From: Candidatus Latescibacterota bacterium | GTDB lineage: Bacteria; Latescibacterota; UBA2968 | Direction of reading: 5' to 3' | Length of the DNA: 64,000 bases | Assembly (NCBI GenBank): GCA_965204745.1 | Contig: OZ242010.1 | Location: 384,001 to 448,000, forward strand | In this document: positions 28,329 to 38,903 of the stretch, in pieces | How positions within the stretch are numbered: position 1 is the stretch's first letter | Layout: each line of letters starts with the position of its first letter | Translations under genes and position numbers: made by a program | The notes under the pieces: generated by a model | Told to the model about the DNA's origin: nothing | Database searches by the model: none | The model's input: only the letters and a program-made list of their open reading frames with translations

Positions 28329-30011
28329 GTGGCGGAGGTGTTCATGCGATTTGCGATGCGATTTGCGGTTTTGCTTTGGCTGGCACCAGGGGTCGGTTTT
28401 GCCCAGGGGGTTTTGTCTGCGGATGCGTTCGGGCGCGATCTCACCCTACTGCAATTATTGGCTGGCGTGCCCCTGGCGTTTGCGATGGTTCACTTCTTGA
28501 TGTATTTGTTTCGCGCCAACTTGCCCGGCAATCTCCCTTATGTGGCGTTTGCCGTGTGTATTTCCCTCCTCATTTTTCTGTCCAGTGAAGTGACTTTATG
28601 GCCCACCGATCAGGTCGTTTTTTTGATCGCGATTAAGACCCTCCTCATTCTCACCGCGTCGTTTGGGCTACAATTTTCCTACACGGCTTTTTTTGGCGCC
28701 TTGCCCCGCAACTGGCGTGCGCTTTGCATTGCGAGCGGGGTTTTGTGTTTGGTGGCTTGGGCCATGCCCATGCCAGTTGTGTATTTGATCGGCCTGATCG
28801 GGTTTTGCGAATTGCTACGTATTTGCGCGATAGCGATTTGGCAAAAAAGACCGGGCGCGCGAATCATCGGCGCGGGTATCGGAGTGTTTATGCTGGTGTC
28901 GGTTTATGAGTTGTTGATCGAACTGGACGTTTTGTCGCGCGATATCTCTTTGGTGTACCTCTATGGCTTTCTCGGCATGGTGGTGAGTATGTCGGCATTT
29001 TTGGCGCACATGTTTGACCGCACAAACCGAGAGGTGGAAAAACAGACGCTGGAGATTCAAACTTTGACGAGACGCGCAGTGGCGCAACAACAGCACACTG
29101 CGGAACAGAAACGCCGCTTGCAGGAGGCGGAACGAGAACGAGAACGCGCGGAGGAAGAGCGGAAGACCTTGGAGCGGGAATTGGAACGCGCCGACGAACG
29201 ACAACGCCTAGCGGAGGAACTCAAGGCGGCCAACCAAAAATTGGAGGAGGGGCAGACGCAGTTGGTTCAAGCCGAGAAGATGGCGGCACTCGGGAATTTG
29301 GTCGCGGGCATCGCGCACGAGATCAACACGCCGATGGGGGCGATCAACAGCATGCACGATACCCTCAAACGGGGGATGGAAAAACTCGCAGAAGAAGTGG
29401 CACCCCAACTTCCGGGGGATGAACATAGCCAACGGATTCGGGCGTCCCTGCAAGAGATAGACCGAGCCAATCGCGTGATGACGGCCAGCACTGCCCGCGT
29501 GCGCGAACTCGTTGCGAGTCTCCGAAATTTTGCGCGTTTGGATGAAGCGGAATGGAATCAGGTGGATATCCACGAGGGGATCGAGAGCACGCTCGCGCTT
29601 GTGCGCCACAAATTAGAGGACCGCATCGCATTGGTGCGGGATTACGGACGCCTTCCGCAGGTGACGTGTTTCCCGGGGCGGATCAATCAGATTTTCCTCA
29701 CTTTGCTGGTCAATGCCGCGCAGGCCATCGAGGGCCCCGGGCGCATTGCCATTCAAACGCGCACTGCGGATGGCGAGGTGTCGGTTGCGATTTCGGACAC
29801 GGGAAAGGGGATTGCCCAAGCGATGTTGCCCAAAATTTTCGATTTGGAATTTACAAGCGATGGACCAGGCGCGGTGGGCCTGCCGATGTGCCGCCAGATC
29901 GCCGAAGAACACAATGGCCGCGTTCTGGTGGAGAGCGAGGTCGGAAAGGGCACGGCGTTCACGCTCGTGTTGCCGATAGATCAACGGGAGAGGCAAAAAG
30001 CAACCCCATAA
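28329..30011 (+). CDS. Membrane sensor histidine kinase (multi-TM, HisKA, HATPase with degenerate F/G2 box)
   Basis: About 7 hydrophobic segments, coiled coil, AGIAHEINTP, NQIFLTLLVNA, DTGKGI. Confidence 0.88.
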   Translation: MAEVFMRFAMRFAVLLWLAPGVGFAQGVLSADAFGRDLTLLQLLAGVPLAFAMVHFLMYLFRANLPGNLPYVAFAVCISLLIFLSSEVTLWPTDQVVFLIAIKTLLILTASFGLQFSYTAFFGALPRNWRALCIASGVLCLVAWAMPMPVVYLIGLIGFCELLRICAIAIWQKRPGARIIGAGIGVFMLVSVYELLIELDVLSRDISLVYLYGFLGMVVSMSAFLAHMFDRTNREVEKQTLEIQTLTRRAVAQQQHTAEQKRRLQEAERERERAEEERKTLERELERADERQRLAEELKAANQKLEEGQTQLVQAEKMAALGNLVAGIAHEINTPMGAINSMHDTLKRGMEKLAEEVAPQLPGDEHSQRIRASLQEIDRANRVMTASTARVRELVASLRNFARLDEAEWNQVDIHEGIESTLALVRHKLEDRIALVRDYGRLPQVTCFPGRINQIFLTLLVNAAQAIEGPGRIAIQTRTADGEVSVAISDTGKGIAQAMLPKIFDLEFTSDGPGAVGLPMCRQIAEEHNGRVLVESEVGKGTAFTLVLPIDQRERQKATP

Positions 30012-30087
30012 GACCACGGATGATGTAGGGGCGATGCCCTGTGCCCATCTATGACCAACCCACACGAGCACGAATTGGAGGTAGCAA

Positions 30088-31644
30088 GTGATTTTAGCGA
30101 TCCCATTGGGCATTGCCCTCGCGCATTTCATGCTCTTTTTGTTCGCGCCGCGCAACCGCGAGTACCTCTATTGTGCCCTGTTGACGACGAGTGTGGCGGG
30201 CCTGATTTTACTGCCGATATGGGGATCGTTGACGGGGGATGCGGACGCAACTTTTTATGTCGATGCGCTGTTCAAGCTGGCACTGGTTTGCACGGGGGTG
30301 TTTCAACTCTGGTTTGTCTGCCACTTTTTTCAAGGCGCGTTCAACCGATCATTTAAGGTGTTTGCCGGCATTGGCTGCGCGCTCGGGCTTTTTGTGTGGA
30401 CCTTGGATGTCGATGTGTATTACGCATTTTTGCTGATGACCTATCCCGAAGCCCTGACCCATATTTTTCGCGCACTTCTCCAAAAGCGGCCCGGCGCGAG
30501 CATCGTGGGCGTCGGGGTGTTGATTTTCGTCATGGGCAATATGTACCAAGGGCTGGTGGCATTGGGCATTATCGACAGCGCGATGCTCGTTTTCCCATAC
30601 ATTTACAGCGCGCTCGCACTGATGGTGGCGATGTCGATTTACCTCGCGCAGATTTTTGCACGCACGCATCAAAATTTGCGGGAACAACTCGCGCAGGCCC
30701 AGGCATTGGCAGAACAGGAACGCGCACGGGAACGCGAGGCGCAGAGCCTTGAAGAACGCGCAGAGGCGGGCCGCAAAACACAGCGACAACTCGAGAGAGA
30801 CAACGCGCTGAAGGAATTGGCATTGGCAGAGGCGCGAGAACAGCAGGCGATTTACGAGTCGCTCCAGCAGAAAAACCGGGAACTCCGCGAGATACAGGTC
30901 AAATTGGTGCAGGCCGATAAGATGGCCTCGTTGGGCAATTTGGTCACCGGGATCGCCCATGAGATCGACCAACCGGTGCGCGACATCAACCGCATGCACG
31001 CGACCCTGATGCGGGCCATTGATCGGATCACGGGCACTTTGGAGGCGGAGCACCGGGATCTGTTAAAAACGAATCGCGCGATACGGGCGACCTTGCAGGT
31101 GATTCATGACGCGAATCGCGTGATCGCAACCGGCACAGAGCGCGTGACAGAGATCGTTCATAGCTTGCGGAGTTTTGCGCGTTTGGACGAGGCAGAGATG
31201 AAAGAGGCCAATCTCCACGAGGGCATTGAGACGACCCTGACGCTGATTCACCACGATTTCAAAAATCGCATCGAGGTGGTGCGCGACTACGGCGATATTC
31301 CCACGATCACCTGTTTCCCGAGCCGATTAAATCAGGTGTTTCTCAATGTGTTGGTCAATGCAGAGCAGGCGATTGAGGGCAAGGGCAAAATTCGGATTTC
31401 GACCCGCCTGATAGACGATGAGATCGAGATTGCGATTTCAGACACGGGCAAAGGCATTTCCCAAGACGACCTGGCGCGCGTGTTCGATCCCGGGTTTACG
31501 ACCAAAGGCGTGGGCATAGGAACGGGTTTGGGCCTGTCGATCTGCTACCAGATCATCCAAGACCACGAGGGCAGCATCCGCGCCGAGAGCGAGATCGGCA
31601 AGGGGACGACTTTTGCGATGCGTTTGCCTGTCAGTGGTCGGTAG
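30088..31644 (+). CDS. Membrane sensor histidine kinase, paralogue of the upstream kinase
   Basis: TM region, GIAHEIDQP, NQVFLNVLVNA, DTGKGI, FDPGFTTKGVGIGTGLGL. Confidence 0.9.
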   Translation: MILAIPLGIALAHFMLFLFAPRNREYLYCALLTTSVAGLILLPIWGSLTGDADATFYVDALFKLALVCTGVFQLWFVCHFFQGAFNRSFKVFAGIGCALGLFVWTLDVDVYYAFLLMTYPEALTHIFRALLQKRPGASIVGVGVLIFVMGNMYQGLVALGIIDSAMLVFPYIYSALALMVAMSIYLAQIFARTHQNLREQLAQAQALAEQERAREREAQSLEERAEAGRKTQRQLERDNALKELALAEAREQQAIYESLQQKNRELREIQVKLVQADKMASLGNLVTGIAHEIDQPVRDINRMHATLMRAIDRITGTLEAEHRDLLKTNRAIRATLQVIHDANRVIATGTERVTEIVHSLRSFARLDEAEMKEANLHEGIETTLTLIHHDFKNRIEVVRDYGDIPTITCFPSRLNQVFLNVLVNAEQAIEGKGKIRISTRLIDDEIEIAISDTGKGISQDDLARVFDPGFTTKGVGIGTGLGLSICYQIIQDHEGSIRAESEIGKGTTFAMRLPVSGR

Positions 31645-32021
31645 TCAGTCCCCGCCCGGCCCTACCGCCCAAGTGGTCAGTGGTCAGTCCCCGCCCCGCC
31701 TTACCGCCCAAGTAGCCAGTGGTCAGTCCCCACCCCGCCCCTACCGCTATGTTCGTTAGAATGAGTCAACTGACAATGCGAATTAAGAGTAGAAAGCGAG
31801 TAAGAAGCAAGCCGCGGTCAATCATCCAAAGACCTGAACGAGTCATCCATTATAGAATCGCCCTTGAACTTGTCTTAAAACGAACGATGGATGCCCCTCC
31901 TCCGGCTCTTTCCCGCAACGGAGAGATGTTATTCCCCCCTTGTATCTTCCTCGTAGGCACAGGCGTAGCCTACAACGAAGCGTAGCGAGTAACGGGGCTA
32001 GGGGGTAGGTTCCAATTTCAA

Positions 32022-32062
32022 AAAGTAAAGCCCGAGTTCCCTGTGAACCCGGGCTTTACTTT
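32022..32062. terminator. Intrinsic (likely bidirectional) terminator
   Basis: AAAGTAAAGCCCGAGTTC / GAACCCGGGCTTTACTTT stem downstream of the dockerin ORF. Confidence 0.8.
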
Positions 32063-32083
32063 GTTTTTTGCGTCTTTCGTCGT

Positions 32084-32284
32084 TCAGCCTGTCGAGCCAA
32101 AGTCGGCGACGAAGATGAGGAAATCGGAGAATCCAATCTCGCCATCGCCATTGAGATCGCACCGGGGGTCATATCGCTCCTGACCGAGCCGCGATCCGAA
32201 CTTATCCGCAAAGGTCAAGAAGTCGGCGAAATTCACATTGCCATCGCCATTGCCATCTGTGGCGGTCAAGGAATAGGCTTTCAT
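32084..32284 (-). CDS. Stand-alone EF-hand/dockerin-like module (possible remnant C-terminus)
   Basis: DGNGDGNVNFADFL...DLNGDGEIGFSDFLIF, clearly homologous to the C-terminus of 58016..60352. ATGA overlap with the upstream giant gene. Confidence 0.7.
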   Translation of the reverse strand: MKAYSLTATDGNGDGNVNFADFLTFADKFGSRLGQERYDPRCDLNGDGEIGFSDFLIFVADFGSTG

Positions 32285-35200
32285 TGGAAGTGGGAGTCGG
32301 GATAGAGGCTTCGGATGTAGGGTTCAATGGCTTGAGCGGTCGTGCGCGTAGCAGTTGGCTCGATGACGTTCCCTCTGATGAGGGCCTCGTTCCGGAAGAA
32401 GAGGACATATCGAATGATCAGGATTATATCCGAGAACAGCCTCACATCGCCATCGCCATCCACATCGAGAATGTTCTGACCGACCAACGTGTCGAGGTAG
32501 GGTTCAATTTCTTGAGCGGTCTTGCGCGTGGCAGTTGGCTCGATGACGTTCCCTCTGAGGAGGGCCTCTTCCCGGAAGAAGAGGACGTATCGAATGACCA
32601 GGATTATATCCGAGAACAATCTCACCCGGCCATCGCCATCCACATCCAAGTTGGCACTCGGTGTTTCGTCATCGGTCAGGGTCAGGGTCACGGGTGCGGG
32701 TGCGGTGATGCCTTGGGCGTTGTTTGCGGTTGCAGACACGCTGACCGTCTTCTCGTCTGCCCGGTCGTCGTTGTCCGCTGCGGTGATCGTCACGGTGCCC
32801 GTGCTCGTTGTGGTCGTCGCCGCGATGATCAGGGTGTCTGCACTTGATAGCGTGAAGTCGCTCGCAGTCGCAGGGGACACAGGCGTAGCAGAGACCGTGA
32901 TCGTCGTGATCGCGCTCGATGGATGCGATAGGGTCGCCGTGATCGTGGAAACCTCGGCGTTTTCCGAGATGGACGAGGGCATCAGCACCAACGTCACGGT
33001 CGGCGCATCTTCATCGTCGGTCGTCGTCACTGGAACATCCTCGTCCATAAGGGCGTCGTAGTTGGCATCGCCGCTTGATAGGGCGAGTCGCACCGCCCAG
33101 GTGACGTCCCCGTCGTCGATGGTGTCGTCCTGCCCGGTCACGGTCACGGTTTGTGCCGTGTTATAGCTCGCCGGCGCGAAGGTCAGCATCGCAGGCTCAA
33201 CCCGCCCTTCGCTCGGGTCTTGGCTCGTCACAGAAATCGTCACCGCCGCCGAGGGTTGCGTCAGCAGGGCCACCGTGAAGGTCGCCGAGCCGCCGGCCTC
33301 TGTGGCCTGCCCGGTTATCGTGCTGATGTCCAAGCCGAAATCGTTATCGCGGTTGATCATGTACACGCTGACAGGGGAGAGCGCGTCATAGTTGGTGTCC
33401 TGCGTATCCGTCTGGTTCACCGAAAGGGTGACCGTATAGTTCTGGTTGCCATCGACGTTGTTGGCGGGGGCATCGTCCTGTCCGGTCACGGTCACGGTTT
33501 GTGCCGTGTTCCATGTTGTCGATGAGAAGGTCAGCACCGAGGGCGATACAGTACCTTCCGTCGTGTCTGAACTGACCACCGAGAGTGCCACGTTCCCCGT
33601 CGGCTCGGAGGCGAGCGTGACCGTGAAGGTCTCTGCCCTGCCCGACTCTGTCGTGTGGAGCCTGACCGTCGTCGTGGTCATCGCCGACACCTCAATCGCC
33701 GCCTCGTCGTCATCGGTGATCGTCAGCGACGCAGCCTGCACGGTGCCAGCGCCGTGGTCGTTCTCCACAGCGGCGGTCTGCACCATCACCGCGTTGTCTG
33801 ATGCGTCTATGTCGTTGTCCACGGCGGTGAGTGCCACCGTGTCCGTCGCGTTCGCCATTTGCCCGGCCGCGATGGTGATCGTCGAATCCGAACCCACCGT
33901 GTAGGCATTCGCCACCGGGCGCACCGTGATCGTCGTCGCCGCGCTCGATGGGTGTGTCAGCGTCGCGCTCACCGTGCTCACGCCGCCGGCCTCCGAGATG
34001 GACGCGGGCGACAGCATTAGTGTCACGTCCGGCGCGGCGTCATCGTCTGTGATTGTCAAAGCCGTGCCGGTCACACTGCCTGCGCCTTGGTCGTTGTTCG
34101 CCACAACGGACACGGTCACGTCGCGATTAGGCGCATCGGTCGCGTTGTCCACGGCCGTGATCTCTACTGTGTCCGTCGCGTTCGCCGTGCTCCCGGCCGC
34201 GATGGTGATCGTCGAATCCGACCCCACCGTGTAAGCACCCGCCACCGGGCGCACCGTGATTGTCGTGATCGCGCTCGACCGATGCGACAGCGTCGCCGTG
34301 ATCGTCGAAACACCGCCGGTCTCTGCAATCGACGCGGGCGACAGCGTCAGTGCCACATCCGGCGCGGCCTCATCGTCTGTGATCGTCAGGGTCACGGCAG
34401 ACGATAGCGACGCCCCATTGCCACCTGCCACCGTTGCAGACACGGTCACGCGCTTGTCCGGCGCATCGGTCGTGTCGTTCACCGAGGTGATCGTCACGGC
34501 GCCTGTGCTCGTCGTCACATTCGCCGCGAAGGTCAGCGTGGTCGCGGTCGATAGCGTAAAATCGCCCGCAACCGCAGGGGCCACCTCGGTCGCTGAAACC
34601 GTGACCGTCGTCGCCACGGTTGCAACGCGATCTAGCGTCGCCGTGATCGTGGAAATCTGGGCATTCTCCGTAATTGACGCCGGAGTCAAAACCAATGTCA
34701 CCTGCGCCACTTCGTCATCGATAATCGTCAGCGTCGCATCAGTGACCGATCCCGTGCCTATGCTGTTGCCCACCGTGCTCGACACGGTCACCGTCTTGTT
34801 CCCCGAAGATATGCTGTTGTCCACCGTCGTGATCGTCACGGTGCCCGTGCTCGTCGTTGCGCCCGCCGCGACGGTCAGCGTGGCCGGCGTACTCAGCGTG
34901 TAGTCGCCCAGAACCGCAGGCGACACAGCCGACGCTGAAACCGTGATCGTCGTCGCCGCGCTCGACGTGTGAGACAGGGTCGCGGTCACCGTCGAAATCG
35001 CGCCGTTCTCTGAAATCGACGCAGGAGACAAAACCATCGTCACGTCCGGCGCAGCGTCGTCGTCCGTCAGCGTCAAAGCCGCACCGGTCACACTGCCCGC
35101 GCCTTGGGTGTTGCTCATCACACCTGGCACGGTCACGTCGCGATTAGGCGCGTCTTGGGTATTGTTCACCGCTGTGATGACCACCGTGTCCGACGCGTTA

Positions 35201-38200
35201 ATCGTGTCCCCGGCTGCGATGGTGATCGTCGTATCCGAACCCACCGTGTAAGCACCCGTCAATGGGCGCACCGTGATCGTCGTCGCCGCGCTCGATGGAC
35301 GCGATAGCGACGCCGTGACCGTCGAAACCGCGCCGTTCTCCGAAATCGACGCCGGTGACGCCGCCAACGTCGCTGTCGGTGCAGGGTCGTCGTCCTCCAG
35401 CGTCAAAGTCGCACCAGTTACACTGCCCGCGCCTTGGGCGTTGCCCGCCACAACGGACACGGTCACATCGCGATTAGGCTCGTCTTGGGTGTTGTTCACC
35501 GCTGTGATGACCACCGTGTCCGTCGCGTTCGCAGTGCTCCCGGCCGCGATGGTGATCGTCGTATCCGCCCCCACCGTGTAAGCACCCGCCACCGGGCGCA
35601 CCGTGATCGTCGTCGCCGCGCTCAACGGGTGTGCCAGCGTCGCGGTCACGGTGCTCATCCCGCCGCTTTCCGAGATCGACGAGGGCGTCAGTGCCAACGT
35701 CACTCTCGCGGGTTGGAACTGAAATTGCACGGTGGTGTCCATGCCGGCATACTTCAAGGCCGGATACTGATCCATCGCGCCAAAGGTCCACGGATCGTCG
35801 TTGCCGGCTTGTCCGTCGAGGTTGGCGTTCCAGTTGTAGTAGGTGTCGTTGGCGGTGGCACCGTAGGTAGTAGGGCTTAGGAGATCGCTAGTCGTCTTGC
35901 CGACAACGCCGCTACCGCCTGCGCTGCTGGTCTGACCGCTGGTTGAGGTGTCCCAGTGGCTATCGGTCACTGTACCAGCCGAACTGCCCACCAAACCGCC
36001 TTTCGTGCCGGCACCCGTGACCCGTCCTATCGCGTAGCTGGCGGTCACGCTACCGCCGCTCGCGATTTGACCCACCAACCCGCCGCCCACCGCGCTGCTG
36101 TGTCCCGCGAACACAGAGCCCAGCGCGTAAGACGCCACCACCTCGGTCTGATCGGTCAGCCAACCCACCAAACCGCCGGCCAATCCGTCACTCGTCACAG
36201 ATGCAGGAACGCGCACAGAGACGAGCGCGTAGCTGCTCACAATGCGGTTGGTGCCCGAAGTGCGATAAGACCGACCAACCAAACCACCCACACCCCACCG
36301 CGACCCCGAAACGCGACCCGTCACATAACACGACGAGATGGTGCCCCCACCACCTTGATTACCGGCCAGACCACCCACGCGGTCAGCACCGGTCACATTC
36401 ACATTCAACAACCCCAATCCCGAAACATCGCCATCAACCGCATGGAACAATCCTGTATTATGCCGAGACCCCCGGTTGATGAACAGGTGGGAGATCGTCT
36501 TGTTGTTGCCTTTGAACGTGCCGCCGTAAGGCCCCACAGGGTTCCAGCCCGCGCCGCCATTCCAGTAGGTGGCGTCTGCTTGGGTGATCGCGCCGTCGTT
36601 GTTCTCGTCAAAGTCCAAGTTGTTGAGCAGTTCGTAGCCGATGCAACCTGTGGAAGGGCAACCCTTGCTCGCTGACAAGTTCCCGTTGGGAAAGGCGGCG
36701 TTGTAGGTCATGGCATCACTATCGGCGACGACCCCATCGCCATTGAGATCCCAGCGCATGGCATGCAGTTGGGCCAAGGTCGAGACCTCGAGGAGGCCAT
36801 CGCTATCCGTGTCGTAATGCACGGGTTGGGTAGCGAACTGCGCCGTGGTGTCCAGGCCGGCAAACTTCAAGGCCGGATACTGATTCGTCGTGCCAAAGGT
36901 CCAGGGATCATCATTGTTGGCCCCCGAAGCATCTATGGTCAGATCGTCCCAGTTGGCATAGATGCCACTCGCAGACGTGACCGATTGTAAGTCGGCAGTC
37001 AGTTTGCCCTCCGGCGCAACAGTATCGCTATCATCGGCAATGTCGCTTGTTTGCGTGTCCCAGTAGCTATCGGTCACTGTACCTGAGTTTTCCGCCAGCC
37101 CATGCTTGTGCAGGCAGGCCCCCGTTACTGAGCCTGTTGAGTAGCTCGACGCTATCGTCGCACCCGGACCATTGGCACCTACCAACCCGCCGCCAGTGGA
37201 CCACGGCCCCGACTGATTGCACACCACAGACGCCGTGGCGTAACTCGCCACGATGTACGACCCCCTCTGAGCGGCGCCCACCAACCCGCCGACATTGGTG
37301 TTCGCCGTGACCGACCCCGTGACGTAACTCGCCGCGATCCGACCCTTGTTCAGACCCACCAGCGCGCCCACCGTGCCCTGACCCGTATTGATCACCGCGT
37401 TGACTAACCCCAAAGAGCGGATGTGGGTAGTGGTGTCCGTGCTTGCGAAAAATCCCGAAAAGTTGACGTAGCGGTTGATGTACAGGTGGGAGATCGTCTT
37501 GCCGTTGCCCTCAAATGTGGCGGTGTATGGGGAGGTGTTGCTACTGCCGATGGGTGCCCAGCCCGCGCCGCCATTCCAGTAGGTGGTGTCTGCTTGGGTG
37601 ATCGCGCCGTCGTTGTTCTCGTCAAAGTCCAAGTTGTTGAGCAGTTCGTAGCCAGTGCAGGTGCCGGAAGGGCAACCCATCCGGCCGCTACTGCTGGTGT
37701 CGCGGCCGGGAAAGGCGGCGCCATAATCGGCGTGGGTAGCGTCGCCATTGCCGTTGAGGTCGTGGCGAATGGCGTTGAGTTGCGCCAAAGTCGTGATGTC
37801 AATCAGGCCGTCGTTGTCGTCGTCGTAGTCAATCTCAACCACGGAAGGACTGACGTACTTCAGTACCGGGTACTGGCTACTGGTGCCGAAGTTCCACGGA
37901 TCGTCTCTGCCTTGGCTATCGCCGGTGTTGGCATTGCCATCCAAGTCCAGGTTCCAGTTGGCGTAGATGCCGGTATAGCCAGTGGGATTTTGGAGATTAC
38001 TGGTGCTCTGGCCGCTACCTTTGCCGATTGACCCTGTAGCTTTTGAGGAGTCCCAGTAGCTGTCGGACACGCTACCTCCATCTTCGTCCCCGAGTAATCC
38101 GCCGGGATTACCGCTGGTGTTGAGGGTACCTGCGAAGTACGAATTTTTTATAGTGGCATCGCCCCATATCTCGCCTGCCAAACCGCCGATTTCGCTAGCG

Positions 38201-38886
38201 GTGGTGGTGGATGTAACGGATGCATGGGAGTAGCTAGTTGAGATACTTCCTGTGCCAAACTGGCCGACTAATCCAGACAGGTACGATTTGCCCGTTATTG
38301 TGCCGGTGGTGTAGCAGGCGACGATTGTGCCGGAATTCCCGCCTACTAGAATGCCGGATCTTCTTGATCCCGTAACATTGGCGTTGATGATGCCGAGGGT
38401 TTCGACGCGGGAGCCGGATCCAAATCGTTTGAACAGTCCGATATGGTTGGCGGAGCTACGGGCGATGAACAGGTTGTCGATAGTGTGGCTATTGCCCTTG
38501 AAATTGCCCGTGTAGGTACCACCTATGGGTAGCCATCCGGCGCCGCTGTTGTAGTAGGCGTCGCCGGAGTCTGTGCCGATGGTGCCGTCGCCGTCGGTGT
38601 CTAGGTCAATGTTGGCGGTGAGTTCGTAGCCGACGCAGGTAGTGAGGCAACCCATGCCTGTGGCGGCGTTGGGGAATACGGCGTTGTAGTTCGCAGTATC
38701 CGTAGCGGCTACGACCCCATCGCCGTTGAGGTCCCAGCGAATGGCGTTGAGTTGGGCGTGGCCGGACACCTCAATGTAGTCGTCGTTGTCCGTGTCGTAG
38801 TCGACGGTGGTTTGGGCAAAAGCAGACCCCGATGCCACCAGCATGCCCAGCGCGACCAGGGCCAACAAGTGAGCGTAGCGGGACAT
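32281..38886 (-). CDS. Giant secreted/surface protein (~2200 aa): 3 GLUG-like beta-helical repeats, ~10 Calx-beta/Ig-like repeats, duplicated Ca-binding C-terminal module
   Basis: RBS GAGAGGAG and signal peptide MSRYAHLLALVALGMLVASGSAFA. Three YDxDxDxxIEV...QLxAIRWDLNGDG domains rich in GGLVG. Repeated SISExGxxSTVTATL...LTITDDD units. 180-bp duplicated LDVDGDG module. Alternative in-frame start at 39072. Confidence 0.88.
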   Translation of the reverse strand: MSRYAHLLALVALGMLVASGSAFAQTTVDYDTDNDDYIEVSGHAQLNAIRWDLNGDGVVAATDTANYNAVFPNAATGMGCLTTCVGYELTANIDLDTDGDGTIGTDSGDAYYNSGAGWLPIGGTYTGNFKGNSHTIDNLFIARSSANHIGLFKRFGSGSRVETLGIINANVTGSRRSGILVGGNSGTIVACYTTGTITGKSYLSGLVGQFGTGSISTSYSHASVTSTTTASEIGGLAGEIWGDATIKNSYFAGTLNTSGNPGGLLGDEDGGSVSDSYWDSSKATGSIGKGSGQSTSNLQNPTGYTGIYANWNLDLDGNANTGDSQGRDDPWNFGTSSQYPVLKYVSPSVVEIDYDDDNDGLIDITTLAQLNAIRHDLNGNGDATHADYGAAFPGRDTSSSGRMGCPSGTCTGYELLNNLDFDENNDGAITQADTTYWNGGAGWAPIGSSNTSPYTATFEGNGKTISHLYINRYVNFSGFFASTDTTTHIRSLGLVNAVINTGQGTVGALVGLNKGRIAASYVTGSVTANTNVGGLVGAAQRGSYIVASYATASVVCNQSGPWSTGGGLVGANGPGATIASSYSTGSVTGACLHKHGLAENSGTVTDSYWDTQTSDIADDSDTVAPEGKLTADLQSVTSASGIYANWDDLTIDASGANNDDPWTFGTTNQYPALKFAGLDTTAQFATQPVHYDTDSDGLLEVSTLAQLHAMRWDLNGDGVVADSDAMTYNAAFPNGNLSASKGCPSTGCIGYELLNNLDFDENNDGAITQADATYWNGGAGWNPVGPYGGTFKGNNKTISHLFINRGSRHNTGLFHAVDGDVSGLGLLNVNVTGADRVGGLAGNQGGGGTISSCYVTGRVSGSRWGVGGLVGRSYRTSGTNRIVSSYALVSVRVPASVTSDGLAGGLVGWLTDQTEVVASYALGSVFAGHSSAVGGGLVGQIASGGSVTASYAIGRVTGAGTKGGLVGSSAGTVTDSHWDTSTSGQTSSAGGSGVVGKTTSDLLSPTTYGATANDTYYNWNANLDGQAGNDDPWTFGAMDQYPALKYAGMDTTVQFQFQPARVTLALTPSSISESGGMSTVTATLAHPLSAATTITVRPVAGAYTVGADTTITIAAGSTANATDTVVITAVNNTQDEPNRDVTVSVVAGNAQGAGSVTGATLTLEDDDPAPTATLAASPASISENGAVSTVTASLSRPSSAATTITVRPLTGAYTVGSDTTITIAAGDTINASDTVVITAVNNTQDAPNRDVTVPGVMSNTQGAGSVTGAALTLTDDDAAPDVTMVLSPASISENGAISTVTATLSHTSSAATTITVSASAVSPAVLGDYTLSTPATLTVAAGATTSTGTVTITTVDNSISSGNKTVTVSSTVGNSIGTGSVTDATLTIIDDEVAQVTLVLTPASITENAQISTITATLDRVATVATTVTVSATEVAPAVAGDFTLSTATTLTFAANVTTSTGAVTITSVNDTTDAPDKRVTVSATVAGGNGASLSSAVTLTITDDEAAPDVALTLSPASIAETGGVSTITATLSHRSSAITTITVRPVAGAYTVGSDSTITIAAGSTANATDTVEITAVDNATDAPNRDVTVSVVANNDQGAGSVTGTALTITDDDAAPDVTLMLSPASISEAGGVSTVSATLTHPSSAATTITVRPVANAYTVGSDSTITIAAGQMANATDTVALTAVDNDIDASDNAVMVQTAAVENDHGAGTVQAASLTITDDDEAAIEVSAMTTTTVRLHTTESGRAETFTVTLASEPTGNVALSVVSSDTTEGTVSPSVLTFSSTTWNTAQTVTVTGQDDAPANNVDGNQNYTVTLSVNQTDTQDTNYDALSPVSVYMINRDNDFGLDISTITGQATEAGGSATFTVALLTQPSAAVTISVTSQDPSEGRVEPAMLTFAPASYNTAQTVTVTGQDDTIDDGDVTWAVRLALSSGDANYDALMDEDVPVTTTDDEDAPTVTLVLMPSSISENAEVSTITATLSHPSSAITTITVSATPVSPATASDFTLSSADTLIIAATTTTSTGTVTITAADNDDRADEKTVSVSATANNAQGITAPAPVTLTLTDDETPSANLDVDGDGRVRLFSDIILVIRYVLFFREEALLRGNVIEPTATRKTAQEIEPYLDTLVGQNILDVDGDGDVRLFSDIILIIRYVLFFRNEALIRGNVIEPTATRTTAQAIEPYIRSLYPDSHFQ

Positions 38887-38903
38887 CGTATCAGACTCCT
38901 CTC

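Noticed and set aside
32281-38886. Diversity-generating retroelement acting on the repeated surface-protein modules
   Set aside because: No reverse transcriptase is in the window, and differences between repeats are not visibly adenine-specific.
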